A stretch of DNA of 64,000 nucleotides from Octopus bimaculoides (GCF_001194135.2 NC_068993.1:3097428-3161427), one strand, 5' to 3'. Counted from the stretch's first letter, positions 1 to 13,085 are shown. Program-made: numbers and translations. The notes: generated by a model from the letters alone, not told the origin.

Positions 1-34
<34 letters not shown>

Positions 35-376
35 CGTGTATGTTTGTGTGTGTGTGTGTGTGTGTGTGCGTGTATGTTTGTGTGTGATGGTATGTGTGTA
101 TGTATATTTTAACATGGATATAAAGGCAGAAATGAGACGACAAGTGGAACGCAGGCGATAAGTGATTATATTTTAAAGCCATAACACTTAAATGAAAGTT
201 AAGTCATTATAAAGAAAATATAAAAGACAAAATAATTATATTAATGTATTGAAATATAAAAATGTATACACACTCCTAAGTTTCTGCTTGCTCGTATGTA
301 TAGGGAAATATATATGTGGTTATATTGGTGTGTGATTTTGTACGTATATATATATTTACTAATGTACTTATATATT

Positions 377-422
<46 letters not shown>

Positions 423-556
423 ATATATACATGCACACACACACACCCACCCAAACTTGCACATGTAAATATGTGTGTGTGTGTGTGTGTATGTGTGTAT
501 CGCAATACTTTTGAATATAGATATGAACATTACTATATATATGTAACACATAAGTA

Positions 557-636
<80 letters not shown>

Positions 637-780
637 CATGCACACATATATATATATATACTTACATATATATATATATATATAGATAGATAGATAGATA
701 TAGATTCACACAAACATATATGTATATATATATTCATATATAGATACACATACACACACATATATACATCTATCGGTATG
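1..780. repeat. Compound (TG)n/(TA)n/(CA)n/(GATA)n microsatellite tracts
   Basis: Long dinucleotide runs read directly, e.g. (TA)n at about 560-660. The ORFs here are YI/CV/HT repeats. Confidence 0.95.
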
Positions 781-1680
781 CATGCATATTTTCACATTAC
801 TTCCTCTTATCAAAATCAGATAATTTTACAATAGAATAAAAATAATAATTTGTTATTGTTTTAATTTTCTTTTTTGCGCAAATTACTTGTAATTGCATTT
901 TTAAATAAAACTTTTTTCCTCTCCTATTGTTTTATTTTTAGTGTTTCCTTATTTTTGACTGAAGTATCTAAAAGTCTCTTTGGTTCCATTTCAAAAACCC
1001 TTTTCACATCAAATTTATCACTTCAGTATCATTTCTCCACTTTCAAGTATTCCACTGTATGGAACAACTTGATGGTGCAAATAAAAAGTAAATAAATATA
1101 TTAACAAAAAAAAAAGCAAAAACAAAAATAAAGACCAAATTAATTACCAGTTATAATTACACTCATATGTTCATATATGCACACCTACCTACAAGTATCT
1201 GAATGTATATGGTGTATATACGTAAGCATACATATACATTTATATATGTACAAATGCATATATGTGTGTGCATATATATATAAATGTGTGTTTGTATATG
1301 TATATATAATGTATATGTATGTGTGCGTGTGTGTGTAAACATGGACACAAATATGTTTATGCATATGCACACAAAAAATAAGCTGCAGTTACACATCCAC
1401 ATGCATTTCCATGTAAACACACCTCTTGGCATTGAGAATCGAGATAAGCATATAAGACACACACTTGTCATGTCTTTCGTTAGATGAAGCCTCTTTCATC
1501 AGAACATTCAGATATTACTGTGACACACTGATGTTAAGTGGATACAATTAGAAAAATCTTCAACACAATGCGTCAACGTAACTTAAACGTCCATAAAATC
1601 ATTAAACACAAGTTCGTCTGGTTCAAACCCAGCATTCTTTCCCAATACCTACACCAACAATGCTGTAAGTTTTTACACTT

Positions 1681-2138
1681 CAACCCTTTAACATTCAGAT
1701 TACTTTGTCAAATGTAATCCTTCCTACTGTAGGCATAAGGCCCGAAATTTGCAGGGAATAAGTTAAGTTGATTACATTGACCCCAATGTGTAACTGGTAC
1801 TTATTTAATCGACCCCAAAAGGATGAAAGGCAAAGTCGACCTCGGCAGAATTTGAACTCACAATGTAGTGGCAGACAGAATACTGACTGCTAAGCATTTC
1901 ACCCAGCTTGCTAACAATTCAGCCAACTCGCAGCCTTACTGTGTCAAATGCTTATTTATTCACATTGTTTTGAATTAATCCTGCATTGTCCCGTAGTTAG
2001 GTGATTTCAATGATGTGATTGTATACTTTTAGAATGACATTGTAAGGGAGGCATGAGAGGTTGGATCTGGTAAGTTTTAGCACAAAGCACATAGAATATT
2101 GGGGCCAGTTATGGCTGGTTTAAATGTTAAAAGGGTAA
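1681..2138. mobile_element. piggyBac-type MITE (family G), interrupted by a SINE
   Basis: Inverted termini CAACCCTTTAACATT (1681) and AATGTTAAAAGGGTAA (2138), i.e. CCC...GGG ends in a TTAA-like context. The interior is homologous, in opposite orientation, to 20398-21131. Confidence 0.75.
1719..1938 (-). mobile_element. tRNA-derived SINE family A, full length, nested in the MITE
   Basis: The reverse complement matches the plus-strand copy at 9657-9872 (TGAGTTCAAATTCTGCCGAGGTCGACTTTGCCTTTCATCCTTTTGGGGTCGAT core, with A/B-box-like motifs). Confidence 0.85.
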
Positions 2139-2364
2139 AACAACAGTATTTCCAGAAAAACCATAAAATTCATTATTTCAGAGAAACAATGCTGAAACAA
2201 CATACACAGATGCATGTTTTTGGGTCTACATATGTGCAAACATGCACATGTATGAAATTGTAATTGTGTGTATATGTGTGCATGCATGTGCATTCAGAGA
2301 AGTAAATTATATATATATATACACACACGTATATATATATATCATGATTTACCGCTAGCTCCAA

Positions 2365-2530
2365 AAGTTTTTTTATTCTCATGTGTGTTTATTTCCTCTT
2401 GTTCCTTTCTGCTGAAGAGCACAGGCTCGAAACATAAAAGACTTTTTGACTTCCCGAGCGTTAAACTAATACACCTGTTTGTTGTTTACACACCTGTCTT
2501 CGTCTTTTGTGTTTCTGTAAATTTCAACTA
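2365..2530 (+). mobile_element. Probable Penelope-like element terminal repeat with a variant hammerhead-like motif
   Basis: Contains CTGCTGAAGAGCACAGGCTCGAAAC, the same layout as the hammerhead at 47287, and ends in a (TA)n tract. The family assignment is inferred. Confidence 0.55.
2405..2440 (+). ncRNA. Variant hammerhead-ribozyme-like motif (probably inactive)
   Basis: Stem I CTTT(2405-2408)/AAAG(2437-2440); core CTGCTGA(2409-2415)+A; stem II GAGC/GCTC with an ACAG loop; GAAAC(2429-2433), then ATA. A6 is replaced by C. Confidence 0.45.
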
Positions 2531-2549
2531 TATATATACATACATACAT

Positions 2550-2837
2550 ATATGAAGATGAGTCAAAAAGTAATGCCATTTTGTTGTCAAATGGGCATTC
2601 ACCATCAATTACAGAGCACATGTGGTTTACTTTGTACACCATGACTTAGTCCAGCATGTTGTACTGAGAAGGAGAGAAGTACCTACTGTAGTACCCCTAG
2701 TGGTCAGGGTAACTACAATGTGTGAGTTCTTCAGTTGTCCCTGCGAGCAACTCCACCCCCCATTTGGGGAAATTTTGTTTAATTTTATTGTTATTCATTT
2801 CATGCTCAACATTGTGCCAAGCTCTACTTGCCCCTAT
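2550..2837 (-). pseudogene. Possible decayed coding fragment, unidentified
   Basis: One frame of about 96 codons with only two stops: IGASRAWHNVEHEMNNNKIKQNFPKWGVELLAGTTEELTHCSYPDH*GYYSRYFSPSQYNMLD*VMVYKVNHMCSVIDGECPFDNKMALLFDSSSY. No family recognised. Confidence 0.25.
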
Positions 2838-3131
2838 TTATATTTGTGTTTGACCCTTGCAGACAACAAAGAAAACATTTTTATTATTATTAAAGCAGCA
2901 GCTTGTCCGAATAATTGACACACTGGACAAAAGGCTTATTGACATTTCTTCTTGCCCTTCAGTTTCCAAATTCAAATTCTTTCATCCTTTAATGGTCAAC
3001 ACAATAATTAAAGAAGAGTGAAGTGCCATGGTCGATGTCAAAGACTTCCCTTTCCCTTGAAAGATTGCCGGCTTTGAGCCAAAATTATTAAGAATTATCA
3101 TAAATTATTATTATCATCATCATCATCATCA

Positions 3132-3174
<43 letters not shown>

Positions 3175-3418
3175 CCCGTTCAAGCCCAACTTCAACCTTG
3201 CAAGAAAGAAAGAAAATAATAATAGTAATAAAAAGTTAGAAAATATTTCAGGAAATTGGAAAAAGCTTGTGCGTCATTATCATCATAATTTAAAATATAA
3301 AAGAAAAAAATTTGCTGTTTCCACTTTCAAGACAATATATATTTATATACATGCATGCACACATACATGTGTATATGTATCGATTGTATATATAAATGTA
3401 TATGTATATTCATATGTA

Positions 3419-3460
<42 letters not shown>

Positions 3461-3480
3461 TATATATAAATTTATATACA

Positions 3481-3632
3481 TGTATGTATATATATATACA
3501 TATATATTTATATATGATTTTATATATATATGTATGTATATATATATACATATATATTTATATATGATTTTATATATATATGTATGTATATATATATACA
3601 TATATATTTATATATGATTTTATATATATATG
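3481..3632. repeat. 50-bp AT-rich tandem repeat, 3 exact copies running into a gap
   Basis: The unit TGTATGTATATATATATACATATATATTTATATATGATTTTATATATATA occurs at 3481, 3531 and 3581. Confidence 0.9.
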
Positions 3633-4067
3633 NNNNNNNNNNNNNNNNNNNNNNNNNNNNNNNNNNNNNNNNNNNNNNNNNNNNNNNNNNNNNNNNNNNN
3701 NNNNNNNNNNNNNNNNNNNNNNNNNNNNNNNNNNNNNNNNNNNNNNNNNNNNNNNNNNNNNNNNNNNNNNNNNNNNNNNNNNNNNNNNNNNNNNNNNNNN
3801 NNNNNNNNNNNNNNNNNNNNNNNNNNNNNNNNNNNNNNNNNNNNNNNNNNNNNNNNNNNNNNNNNNNNNNNNNNNNNNNNNNNNNNNNNNNNNNNNNNNN
3901 NNNNNNNNNNNNNNNNNNNNNNNNNNNNNNNNNNNNNNNNNNNNNNNNNNNNNNNNNNNNNNNNNNNNNNNNNNNNNNNNNNNNNNNNNNNNNNNNNNNN
4001 NNNNNNNNNNNNNNNNNNNNNNNNNNNNNNNNNNNNNNNNNNNNNNNNNNNNNNNNNNNNNNNNNNN
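3633..4067. other. Assembly gap (N)
   Basis: N run. Confidence 1.
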
Positions 4068-4102
<35 letters not shown>

Positions 4103-4381
4103 ATATACCTATATATATATATATATATCTACATGTATTTATCTGGATATACATACTGTACATAAATCTTTATAGATGTGTTTATATATATATATATATA
4201 TATACATGCACACACACACATATATATATATATTAAATCTGTAAGAAGGAGAAAATAATATCGGAACTTCATCTTTAAGAATGGCACCTGAAAGTACATG
4301 TATCTTTTAATGGTTTAATAAAAGTTTCGAACAATTTTGGCAATTCCTATTAAAGTGTAATATCAATGGGATATTTTATAG

Positions 4382-4500
4382 AAAACTAAGAATGGATGTC
4401 CATATATTTGTGAAAAGATAGGTTTAAGTGCCAATTTATACACAATTACAAGGGAAGAAATGGATATAAATGTGTGTGGAACCACAACAAGAACATGTAT
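4382..4500 (+). CDS. Candidate internal exon (KTKNGCPYICEKIGLSANLYTITREEMDINVCGTTTRTC), product unknown
   Basis: TTTTATAG acceptor, GTAAGC donor, 119 nt open in one frame (phase 0 to phase 2). No homology recognised. Confidence 0.15.
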
Positions 4501-6407
4501 GTAAGCATTGATGTGAAGAACATGATCACGGGAATTACTAAAATCGATGCCTGCAAGCATTTGGCCTAAAACCATTTTTCCATAGAGAATTTTTCATTTT
4601 TTTTGTTCTATTTTCATTTATGTTTTTTCTTCTCGTTTCTTTTCACTTGCAACCACAACTTAATATTGTCGTTTTCCTGAAAGGTATACACTCACACACA
4701 CAGAGTGAATATGATATTAATATTATTACTACTACTACTACTTCTGACGATGGTGATGATGTTATCAGTGTTTATAATAACAATGATAATAGCAATAATA
4801 CCACTGACAATCATAAAAATAACAATAGCAGTAATATGCTGATGATAATGATAAAAATAGATACTAAAAGAAAACTAAAATAAAATTTTAAAAAACAGCT
4901 GCTGCTTCTGAAGATGATGAGAGTGATGGTGATGATGTAATAATAATCATAACTACTACTACTACTAGTATTTGTGATGATGATGATGATGATGCTATTG
5001 CATCAGAACACACTGAGTGCCTGCTCTCCAATAAGGCTCAGCTAACTATGCCACAGTGTTCCGGTGAATTTTCTCTTCTTTTCTATAAATCTACAAGAAT
5101 TATATATTTATCCATATTTCTGTCATTTTGTAGTTGATTTAGGAAAACCATGCTACATTGGGAAAAAAAAAAAAAAACATGATTTTTCTGTTAGAGACAG
5201 TTTGATCTCCACTCAAAATGTGTATTTATATTTTATTATGTTTTCCAACCCAATTTCCTCAAATTTTTTAAGTCATTGCATAAAAATATCACTTAACACT
5301 TTTCTTTCCATATTTCTGCTGAAATTCACTGCCATTGTTTCAATTAATTTTTAAAATAATTAAGAATTTAATAAAATAACTTTGTCACTATTAAACTAGT
5401 GTAAGCAGTACATATGACTTGCCTCAACAGGTCTTTGTAAGCACAGTGTATTACCCAATGATTGAAGGGTACTCTTAAATGGACTGGTTATGCTACACTG
5501 GCATAGGCTATGGTTACAGTCTCACTTGGCTTGCCGGGTCTTCTCAAGTACAGCATATGCATATATATTATGTACTGTTCGACGATAGAAAATTCAACAA
5601 AAATGTGCTCCATCTAGTGAGAGATGTTTATTTAAAGGACACAATAATGTCTTTAGGTGCTACTAATAGTTTCATATGTTGAGAAATACTCAAGCATATC
5701 CTTCAAGCACAAACTGCATACCATAACAAACTTTAAAAGATTGAATAATACAAGAAAAACATCAGGCAGAGGTGTGATAGGTAGATATATTTATTTAACC
5801 AGTTGTCATCCTTAGGATTTCAGCCATTTTATAGTTTTTTTTTCTATATTTACTCCTCATAAAATAATCTCATCGATCAGATATCCTGAATTTCAGCTGC
5901 ATGGAACCCTGCATTAGTCTCTTCTGCATTGGGTTACCATGTGGTCTGCTAGCAGAGTCTATTAGAAAGTCTTTCTGTGAAAGCCATAAGATTCCATAAA
6001 TCCATATATTACACTACAAATAATAATGATACACACACACACACACACACATATTTATATATATATACATATATTTACATACATACACACATAAATGTTT
6101 ATGTATGCCTGCTTGTCAGTTTTACACCCAGTTTTCTCCAACCAAACGTCAGTATTAGTCTTCTCAAGGCGACAGAAGAGGACACATCTCAATTGTCACT
6201 GGTCTGTCCATGTAAATTTGACAGCAACCATCAATAAACAACTAAATATAACACCAGTAGCCATGTTATTTATCTTCTATAATCTTCTCAGTTGTTTTCT
6301 TCGTCACTTATCCTTTTTTTTTTTTAACTTCCATGTATAAATATAAGATTTATTTGTTTTGTACTTCTTCATGTTTGCATGTTTTGATGTTTGTAACTTC
6401 TAAGATT

Positions 6408-6461
6408 TGTATCAACAAGAGTGTGTATCAACAAGAGTGTGTATCAACAGGAGTGTGTATC
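6408..6461. repeat. 16-bp tandem repeat x3.4
   Basis: TGTATCAACAAGAGTG at 6408 and 6424, a one-mismatch copy at 6440, then TGTATC. Confidence 0.9.
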
Positions 6462-6466
6462 TGTGT

Positions 6467-6504
<38 letters not shown>

Positions 6505-6625
6505 AAATATATGTAGATATACATCTATATATACACACACACAGGCATACACATATATGCATATAAATATACATGTGTGTGTGTGTATAAATATATATAT
6601 GTATGTGTTAGTATATAAATATATA

Positions 6626-6673
<48 letters not shown>

Positions 6674-7127
6674 CATAAACACAGATGTATATAAAAAATT
6701 TTTGATTTTTTAACATTGATGTTGGAATGGTATTTTTGACAAAACTGATTTTTTTAAAGAATTTTTTTTTTTTCAGTTAGGTCTATGGTATAGACCATAA
6801 CTGTAAACATCTTGTAGAATACTTCCAGTTAGTTTTAAGTTGATTAGAATCCCTCTATATATAAGTACACACACATACAGATATATACATAGCTGCAAAA
6901 CATGGTTCGAAAAAACAGTACTCAAATCCCAAATGGACTCTACAAACTGTTACTCAGAGTTTCACATAACCATTCATGAACAATAATGATAATATAATGA
7001 TAACATCATCTGCATTATCAAAAGTGTCTGATGAATAGTTATGTAAAGCCTTGAGTAGCAGTTTGTTGCTTTGTCTATCTGTCTGTCTGTCTATATAGCT
7101 ATCCATCCATCTATCCATCCAACCATC

Positions 7128-7200
<73 letters not shown>

Positions 7201-7444
7201 AGTTAAATACATATACTAATGTATATGGTTTGTGTATTTTCTGGTGACTGCAATGGTGTAGTGGAGTGTATAACTCTCATGTCACCAGTGTAAAAACACC
7301 TTAGAACCATGGATAGGTAAGATAACTCACCCTCAATCTCATTTAAGAGTGATGGACATCGATGTTTTGCCATTTTTGTGGGTTATCAACACCACCTACC
7401 TGCCTGGGTTGAAAGCGAGTCAGCTAGCCAGTCTAATGACTTAC

Positions 7445-7494
7445 ATGTGCATGGCTTGTAAAATCATGAGCTGATATGCCTGGAAATTGCATAT
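7445..7494 (-). CDS. Candidate 50-nt exon, minus strand, product unknown
   Basis: Minus-strand acceptor TTTTGTTTTAG and donor GTAAGT. Two frames are open (MQFPGISAHDFTSHAH or ICNFQAYQLMILQAMH). Confidence 0.15.
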
Positions 7495-8287
7495 CTAAAA
7501 CAAAATTTATCTCTAAGGTGTTTTGTTACTTGCTCCAGAACAAGAACCCTCATGCTGAAGAGGTCACAGATGCGTGATGAAAGATTTCCGGACAATGCCA
7601 GGAGAATCTGAACATTTGTCATCTTGTTTCAGCCTGTCTAGGTACTAATTACAGAGACTCAGTGTTGTACTCATGTTCGACAAACATTTAATCACCATAA
7701 TCCTGTACAGACGTCTTTTTACGGTCATCTCATTCGTCATCCCATCCACTGAAAGTCTTAAGGTGAGTGAAGAGACCAGCTGGAAGTGTACAGGGTCTTA
7801 CAACTTTCATCTATCACCTATGCTTCAGACTGTGCAGATCTGTGGTGCAATTGAATAGTCATCAGAGAGGTCAAAGATGGAATGTCAGAAATGGCATTGA
7901 TAACAAGGAAGCACTGAGACTGTAATCATCTGGGAAGATGGAGCTATCACCATCTGTGTGAGTGTACTTTTGTGTGTGTGTGCATGCTTGTATGTATGTT
8001 TATACATACATATATGTGAGTTTGTATGTATGTATGATAATTCGTTGTGCAGTGGTAGTTATAGAGACACTTATATTTAAATATAAAATGTTCATCTATA
8101 TAATACCTATCCACACGTGCACATACATTTAAATTCAGATTTATAAAGCTTGTGTTTGGATTAAAATCTCCTGTTATCTTGCATAAAAAGTACATTTGAA
8201 AGACTCTGTGCACTTCAACAGCAAACATGTATTGAACACTTTTATGTTTCTGAACAAATAGATAGAAACTAATTGCATATACATACA

Positions 8288-8342
<55 letters not shown>

Positions 8343-9104
8343 GCAGGTATGTATGTTTTTGCACATATATTTATCTACGTACACACATTGCACACAAGTA
8401 CACATGCACATGGAAAAAAAATGATCAAACTCTGAAATGTGTTCTCGTATTTAAAAAAATAACAAAAATGGGTTCATTGATCTGAAATTTAATTTTGAAA
8501 CTAAAAAACTAAATCTTGTTCTTCAAAACTTCTAATGTTCTAATCCTTTGAAAAAAAAAACATTAATAATAATAAAAATAAAACTCTTAGAGACAGAATT
8601 AAATTTAATCTTTCTTCTAGGAATTCTAATGATTAAACACCTAACTGCGAACCATTTGTTTTTCATTCACACATTCTCCTGCTACAAATTTTCTTTCTTG
8701 TGTTAAGTTTTTCTAAGCATGCACGCACACACACACACTTTCTCAGCTGCCTCTCCTCTCTCTCTCTCCCTCCCTCCCTCACTGCTCTTGATCACACATG
8801 TACACACACTCATTCTCTTTCCCTCTATCTATCAGTATTTCTGTCTATCTCTCTAGCTATCAGTCTATCTATCTATCATCTATAAAGCAGAAATAAACTT
8901 TTATTTTCAAGTTATGTAAGTGTGGAAGGCAGAACATGGATAGAGTTGTTAAAGCACATGTTATTCTTGCTGTCTCTGTGCTCTGAGTTCAAATCTCACA
9001 GAAGTGCCAGAAATTTTCAACCCCAATATTGCACTACTCTTTTGCATTTAGTAATCCTCTGCCTCCTCCCTTTCTTGGTAGATAGAATCTATCAGCATTA
9101 TTTT

Positions 9105-9277
9105 TAGGGTGGTGTGCACTGTGTGGAAGTATTTTGGCATGAGAAAGGGCATCCAACAGTAGAAACCAAGCCAAAACAGTCTAAGGAACCAAGTGCAGCC
9201 CCTGACCTTGCCAGTTGTCAAACCATCCAACCCATGCCAGCGTGGACAATGGATGTTAGATGTTGATGATGATGATG
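9105..9277 (+). mobile_element. (GAT)n-tailed retroposon 3' end (family C)
   Basis: GGGCATCCAACAGTAGAAAC...CCATCCAACCCATGCCAGCGTGGACAATGGATGTTAGATGTTGATGATGATG, shared with the copies at 11971, 14363, 19243 and 36860. Confidence 0.8.
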
Positions 9278-9656
9278 CAGTACTTATGACAATTATTATT
9301 CTTTTTTTTTTTTTTTGTACTGAATAGGGTTAAATGTCCAAGCAGGGAGAATATAGAATAAAATGTGAACCTGTGAACTATTAAGATAACTGGGTCCATG
9401 GAAACAATTCAAGAATTGAAAGTAAACAATCCAAGTAAAATAAGGAATATTCTTTTATTTCTCTTCATAATTCCTCATAAACAATGTCTTTGGAACTGGC
9501 AATACACAACAACAACAGCAACGATCACAAATGCAGGGCTTGCCTCATACACCATTACCTAGTAGAAGTAATGGTGGTGGTAATGGTAGCAGTGGAAGTC
9601 ATGCTATTGACCTGTGTATGTATGTATACATATTATTATTATTATTATTATTATGA

Positions 9657-9872
9657 AGACAGTGAGCTGGCTGAATTGTTAGTGCACTGGATGAAATGCT
9701 TAGCAGCATTTTACCTGTCACTATGTTCTGAGTTCAAATTCTGCCGAGGTCGACTTTGCTTTTCATCCTTTTGGGGTTGATAAAATAAGTACCAGTTGAT
9801 CACTAGGGTCGATGTAATCGACTCATCCCTTTCCCCCAAATTGCTGCCCTTGTGGCAAAATCTGAAACCATT
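9657..9872 (+). mobile_element. tRNA-derived SINE family A, full length
   Basis: A-box-like TGGCTGAATTGT, B-box-like GAGTTCAAATTC and the conserved core GCCGAGGTCGACTTTGCTTTTCATCCTTTTGGGGTTGATAAAATAAGTACCAG. Flanked by (TAT)n runs. Confidence 0.85.
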
Positions 9873-10019
9873 CTTCTTCTTTTCATTATTATTATTATTA
9901 TTATTGAATTGCACACCCACTCCTTTGTCCTTTCCCTCCTGTTACTTGTTCTTTTATCCCCACACAACACAGATTGGCACTTAAACGTGTGTACGCATAT
10001 ATATATATATATCTATCTA

Positions 10020-10054
<35 letters not shown>

Positions 10055-10253
10055 NNNNNNNNNNNNNNNNNNNNNNNNNNNNNNNNNNNNNNNNNNNNNN
10101 NNNNNNNNNNNNNNNNNNNNNNNNNNNNNNNNNNNNNNNNNNNNNNNNNNNNNNNNNNNNNNNNNNNNNNNNNNNNNNNNNNNNNNNNNNNNNNNNNNNN
10201 NNNNNNNNNNNNNNNNNNNNNNNNNNNNNNNNNNNNNNNNNNNNNNNNNNNNN
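10055..10253. other. Assembly gap (N)
   Basis: N run between (TA)n tracts. Confidence 1.
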
Positions 10254-11524
10254 ATATATATATATATATATATATAAGCACATAAACACACACTCACTCA
10301 CAAAACACAGATGTATACAGGCACATATTTACAAGCAAAAACACAACGCTGATCCAACATACACATATACACACACAAAAGACAGATACATACAAACACA
10401 TATACAAGTACACGCACACACACATACAACATAGGTGCATACATACACTACATATACAAATACATGTACACACACACACATACCCCACCCACTCCCATAG
10501 ACCTCCTTCTTTCTGTAGAAATAACTGGAAGCGAAATTATTGCAATGAGTGTTAATCAATAGTGAATAATGTAAAGCCTATTATAATGACAGTGTAATGA
10601 AGCTTATCCCGTATCAGCTCTGCCACTGAACACACTCCACCGGTGGGAGAGAGCAAAACTGAAGTCCACTTTAAGCACTTTTAGTTAAGCAAATTTATTC
10701 TGGTTTTACGCAGTCATTTCTATGCGTTTAGTACTTTTGTTGCATTATTTATGTTTGCGTGAGTGTGTTTGCGTGAGTGTGTTTGTGCGTTTGTTTGAGT
10801 GTGCTTGTGTGAATCATGTGGCCCAATAAAAGAATGCTTTTTATAAATGTGTAAATCTGATTCGGTTTTGGCTAAGAATGAATGCAAAGACTTTCTTTGC
10901 CACGTAACCCTGCAGTCTGTGAATCTGGGATGACTACAGGGTCAGGTTAAAATTAACATTTCCCTTCTAAAAGACTATGCTAGCTTTCTCTGGCACTTTC
11001 ATTGCAATAGTAAGCATTCTCCTATGCTTCTATAATGTGTTAAATAGAAAATGAACAAGGAATGCAAAAAAAAAAAAATACAATTAACTAAAATAAAATA
11101 AAAATATATAATGGAAGGAAATAAAATACATACATAAAAGAATGAAAAATCCGAAAATGCTTTTGGAATGGAAGGATCTTCTGTTCTCTCACACACCATG
11201 AATCCTATGTGTGTACATGACTTGCAAGTATCAAACTGTTTTCGTAGGTACTTTTAGTGAATGCTATCAAGATTCCGCATTTCACTCATTATAAGCACAA
11301 AGGAGTTATTTTCAACCAAATGGAATTGAGTCTTTGCAAGGAATCTTTTCATAACAGAACAGAAGAATTTATAGATTCCATTGAAAATGTATAAATACTT
11401 GCAGAAGTATTCAAATGTATTTGCTTTGCTAGATGCTTTTTTTCAGTGTTAAGTATTTTGCTTCTTATGTCCATCTTCTCTACGAGTTTCTTCGGCACAA
11501 TATTTTTATCTCTTAGATAAAATA

Positions 11525-11579
<55 letters not shown>

Positions 11580-11772
11580 TATGCATACCTATATATATGT
11601 GTATACATGCATGTGTGTATATATATATGTTTATTAATGCATGTATATATATATATATATTGACATACATGAGCTGTATTTAGAAGTTCCAGAGAGTAGT
11701 CTTTCTTGTCTAAGGATTCAATCAGTTCTCTGCACCTGGTTCACCTTTATAAGGTGAATTTACTTTTGTTAG

Positions 11773-11809
11773 TGTGAGAGCTAGGTGCAATGATTCATAC
11801 GAAATTTCT
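11773..11809 (+). CDS. Candidate 37-nt exon (VRARCNDSYEIS), product unknown
   Basis: TTTACTTTTGTTAG acceptor and GTAAGT donor. Only one frame is open (phase 2 to phase 0). Confidence 0.18.
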
Positions 11810-11970
11810 GTAAGTGATAATGATGATTCTGGTCAATATTAATAATTTCTTGGTATAAAGAACATTCAAGTTGACTTTTGGAGAAAAGCTGCCTCTTTTT
11901 ATGTGTGTGTATACATATATACACACAGAGGCATGCACACACACACACACACACACACATGTATGCATGT

Positions 11971-12136
11971 CCTTACCAGATCAGATTGGAGCCTGGCGCA
12001 GTCTCCTGGCGCAGTCTCCTGGCGCAGTCTCCTGGCGCAGTCTCCTGACGCAGTCTCCTGGCTTGCCAGTCCTCAGTCATACCGTCCAACCCATGCCAAC
12101 ATGGAAAGCAGACGTTAAACGATGATGATGATGATG
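11971..12136 (+). mobile_element. Family C retroposon 3' end with an internal 13-bp expansion
   Basis: CAGATCAGATTGGAG-(CCTGGCGCAGTCT)x5-CCTGGCTTGCCAGTCCTCAGTCATACCGTCCAACCCATGCCAACATGGAAAGCAGACGTTAAACGATGATG. Confidence 0.85.
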
Positions 12137-13051
12137 AAACGTATAGACATACAAGTATTTATACATGCTTATACTTATATAAGTAAGTGAATATATGTTA
12201 GTGTTGTTCATTCAATTCATCATTGAAAATGAGTATTTACCAGCCTCTGAAAGGATGAGAGGCAGAATTTTCTTGGGTAGTTTTGAACCCAGACCACAGG
12301 GCATTGAAACTAAAACCACAAGAAAAGTGAATCACATACTGTCGCCATCGTATCGATTTGGAGTTTTATTGTCATAGCTACGATATCATAATATTCCTCA
12401 TCATCATTATTGTTATTGTCACCATCATCATCACCATCTTTTCTGCTAAAATCCTAATCAACAAACATTATTATAATTATCATTTTAATTTCTCTTAAAA
12501 CCTTGACAGACAACTTCATTATCATCATTATCATCATCACCATCACCATCATCAAGAGCAGTGGCAGCAACCTAATTCACTACCACCACCACCATCTTCT
12601 GCAATGACAACAGTTGCTACCTTTTCACAGTCACATGTCTTCATCTACTTTTACATTTACCATAATAAAAGACATGGAATTGGCCAATGGTGAAGAAAAT
12701 GTATCAATAAAAATGGACCAGATTCCGTCTTCACTTTTATATTTTTAGCTTTTATCTTGAGAACTAAAAATAGATTCTTTCATTACACAAATCAACTTAT
12801 TGGATTGCATTCAGTCTTCTTCTTCTTCTCCTCCTCCTTCTCGTCATTTTCTTTCACCTCCCCCTCCTTCTCCTCATTCATCTTTTCTTCTATTTAAGGT
12901 TATCATCATCATCATCATCATCACTGCCATCATCATCCTCCTCACCACTACCATCGCTATTTACTTTTGTGTTACATTTGTAACATTGGTTCCGAAATAT
13001 GTTGTTGTATTTATGTTCTTATGAATACTTCACTCTTGCAATAATAATAAC

Positions 13052-13085
<34 letters not shown>

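Noticed and set aside
241-761. Long YI/CV/HT-repeat ORFs here and at 3269-3617, 13277-13940, 21870-22145, 24005-24667, 26772-27135, 55772-56337, 59600-60058 and 61900-63239
   Set aside because: Translations of (TA)n, (TG)n and (CA)n microsatellites, which lack stop codons by construction.
3530-4236. Long ORFs containing X runs, here and at all other gaps (up to 431 aa at 51710-53005)
   Set aside because: Artefacts of N gaps.
7540-7860. Possible RTE-type LINE C-terminal remnant (FYGHLIRHP motif)
   Set aside because: Only a short motif resembles the RTE pattern; surrounding frames do not align convincingly, so it was not called.
11349-11515. Minus-strand exon candidate DKNIVPKKLVEKMDIRSKILNTEKKHLAKQ...
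   Set aside because: Modest acceptor next to a (TG)n run, weak donor and no recognisable homology.
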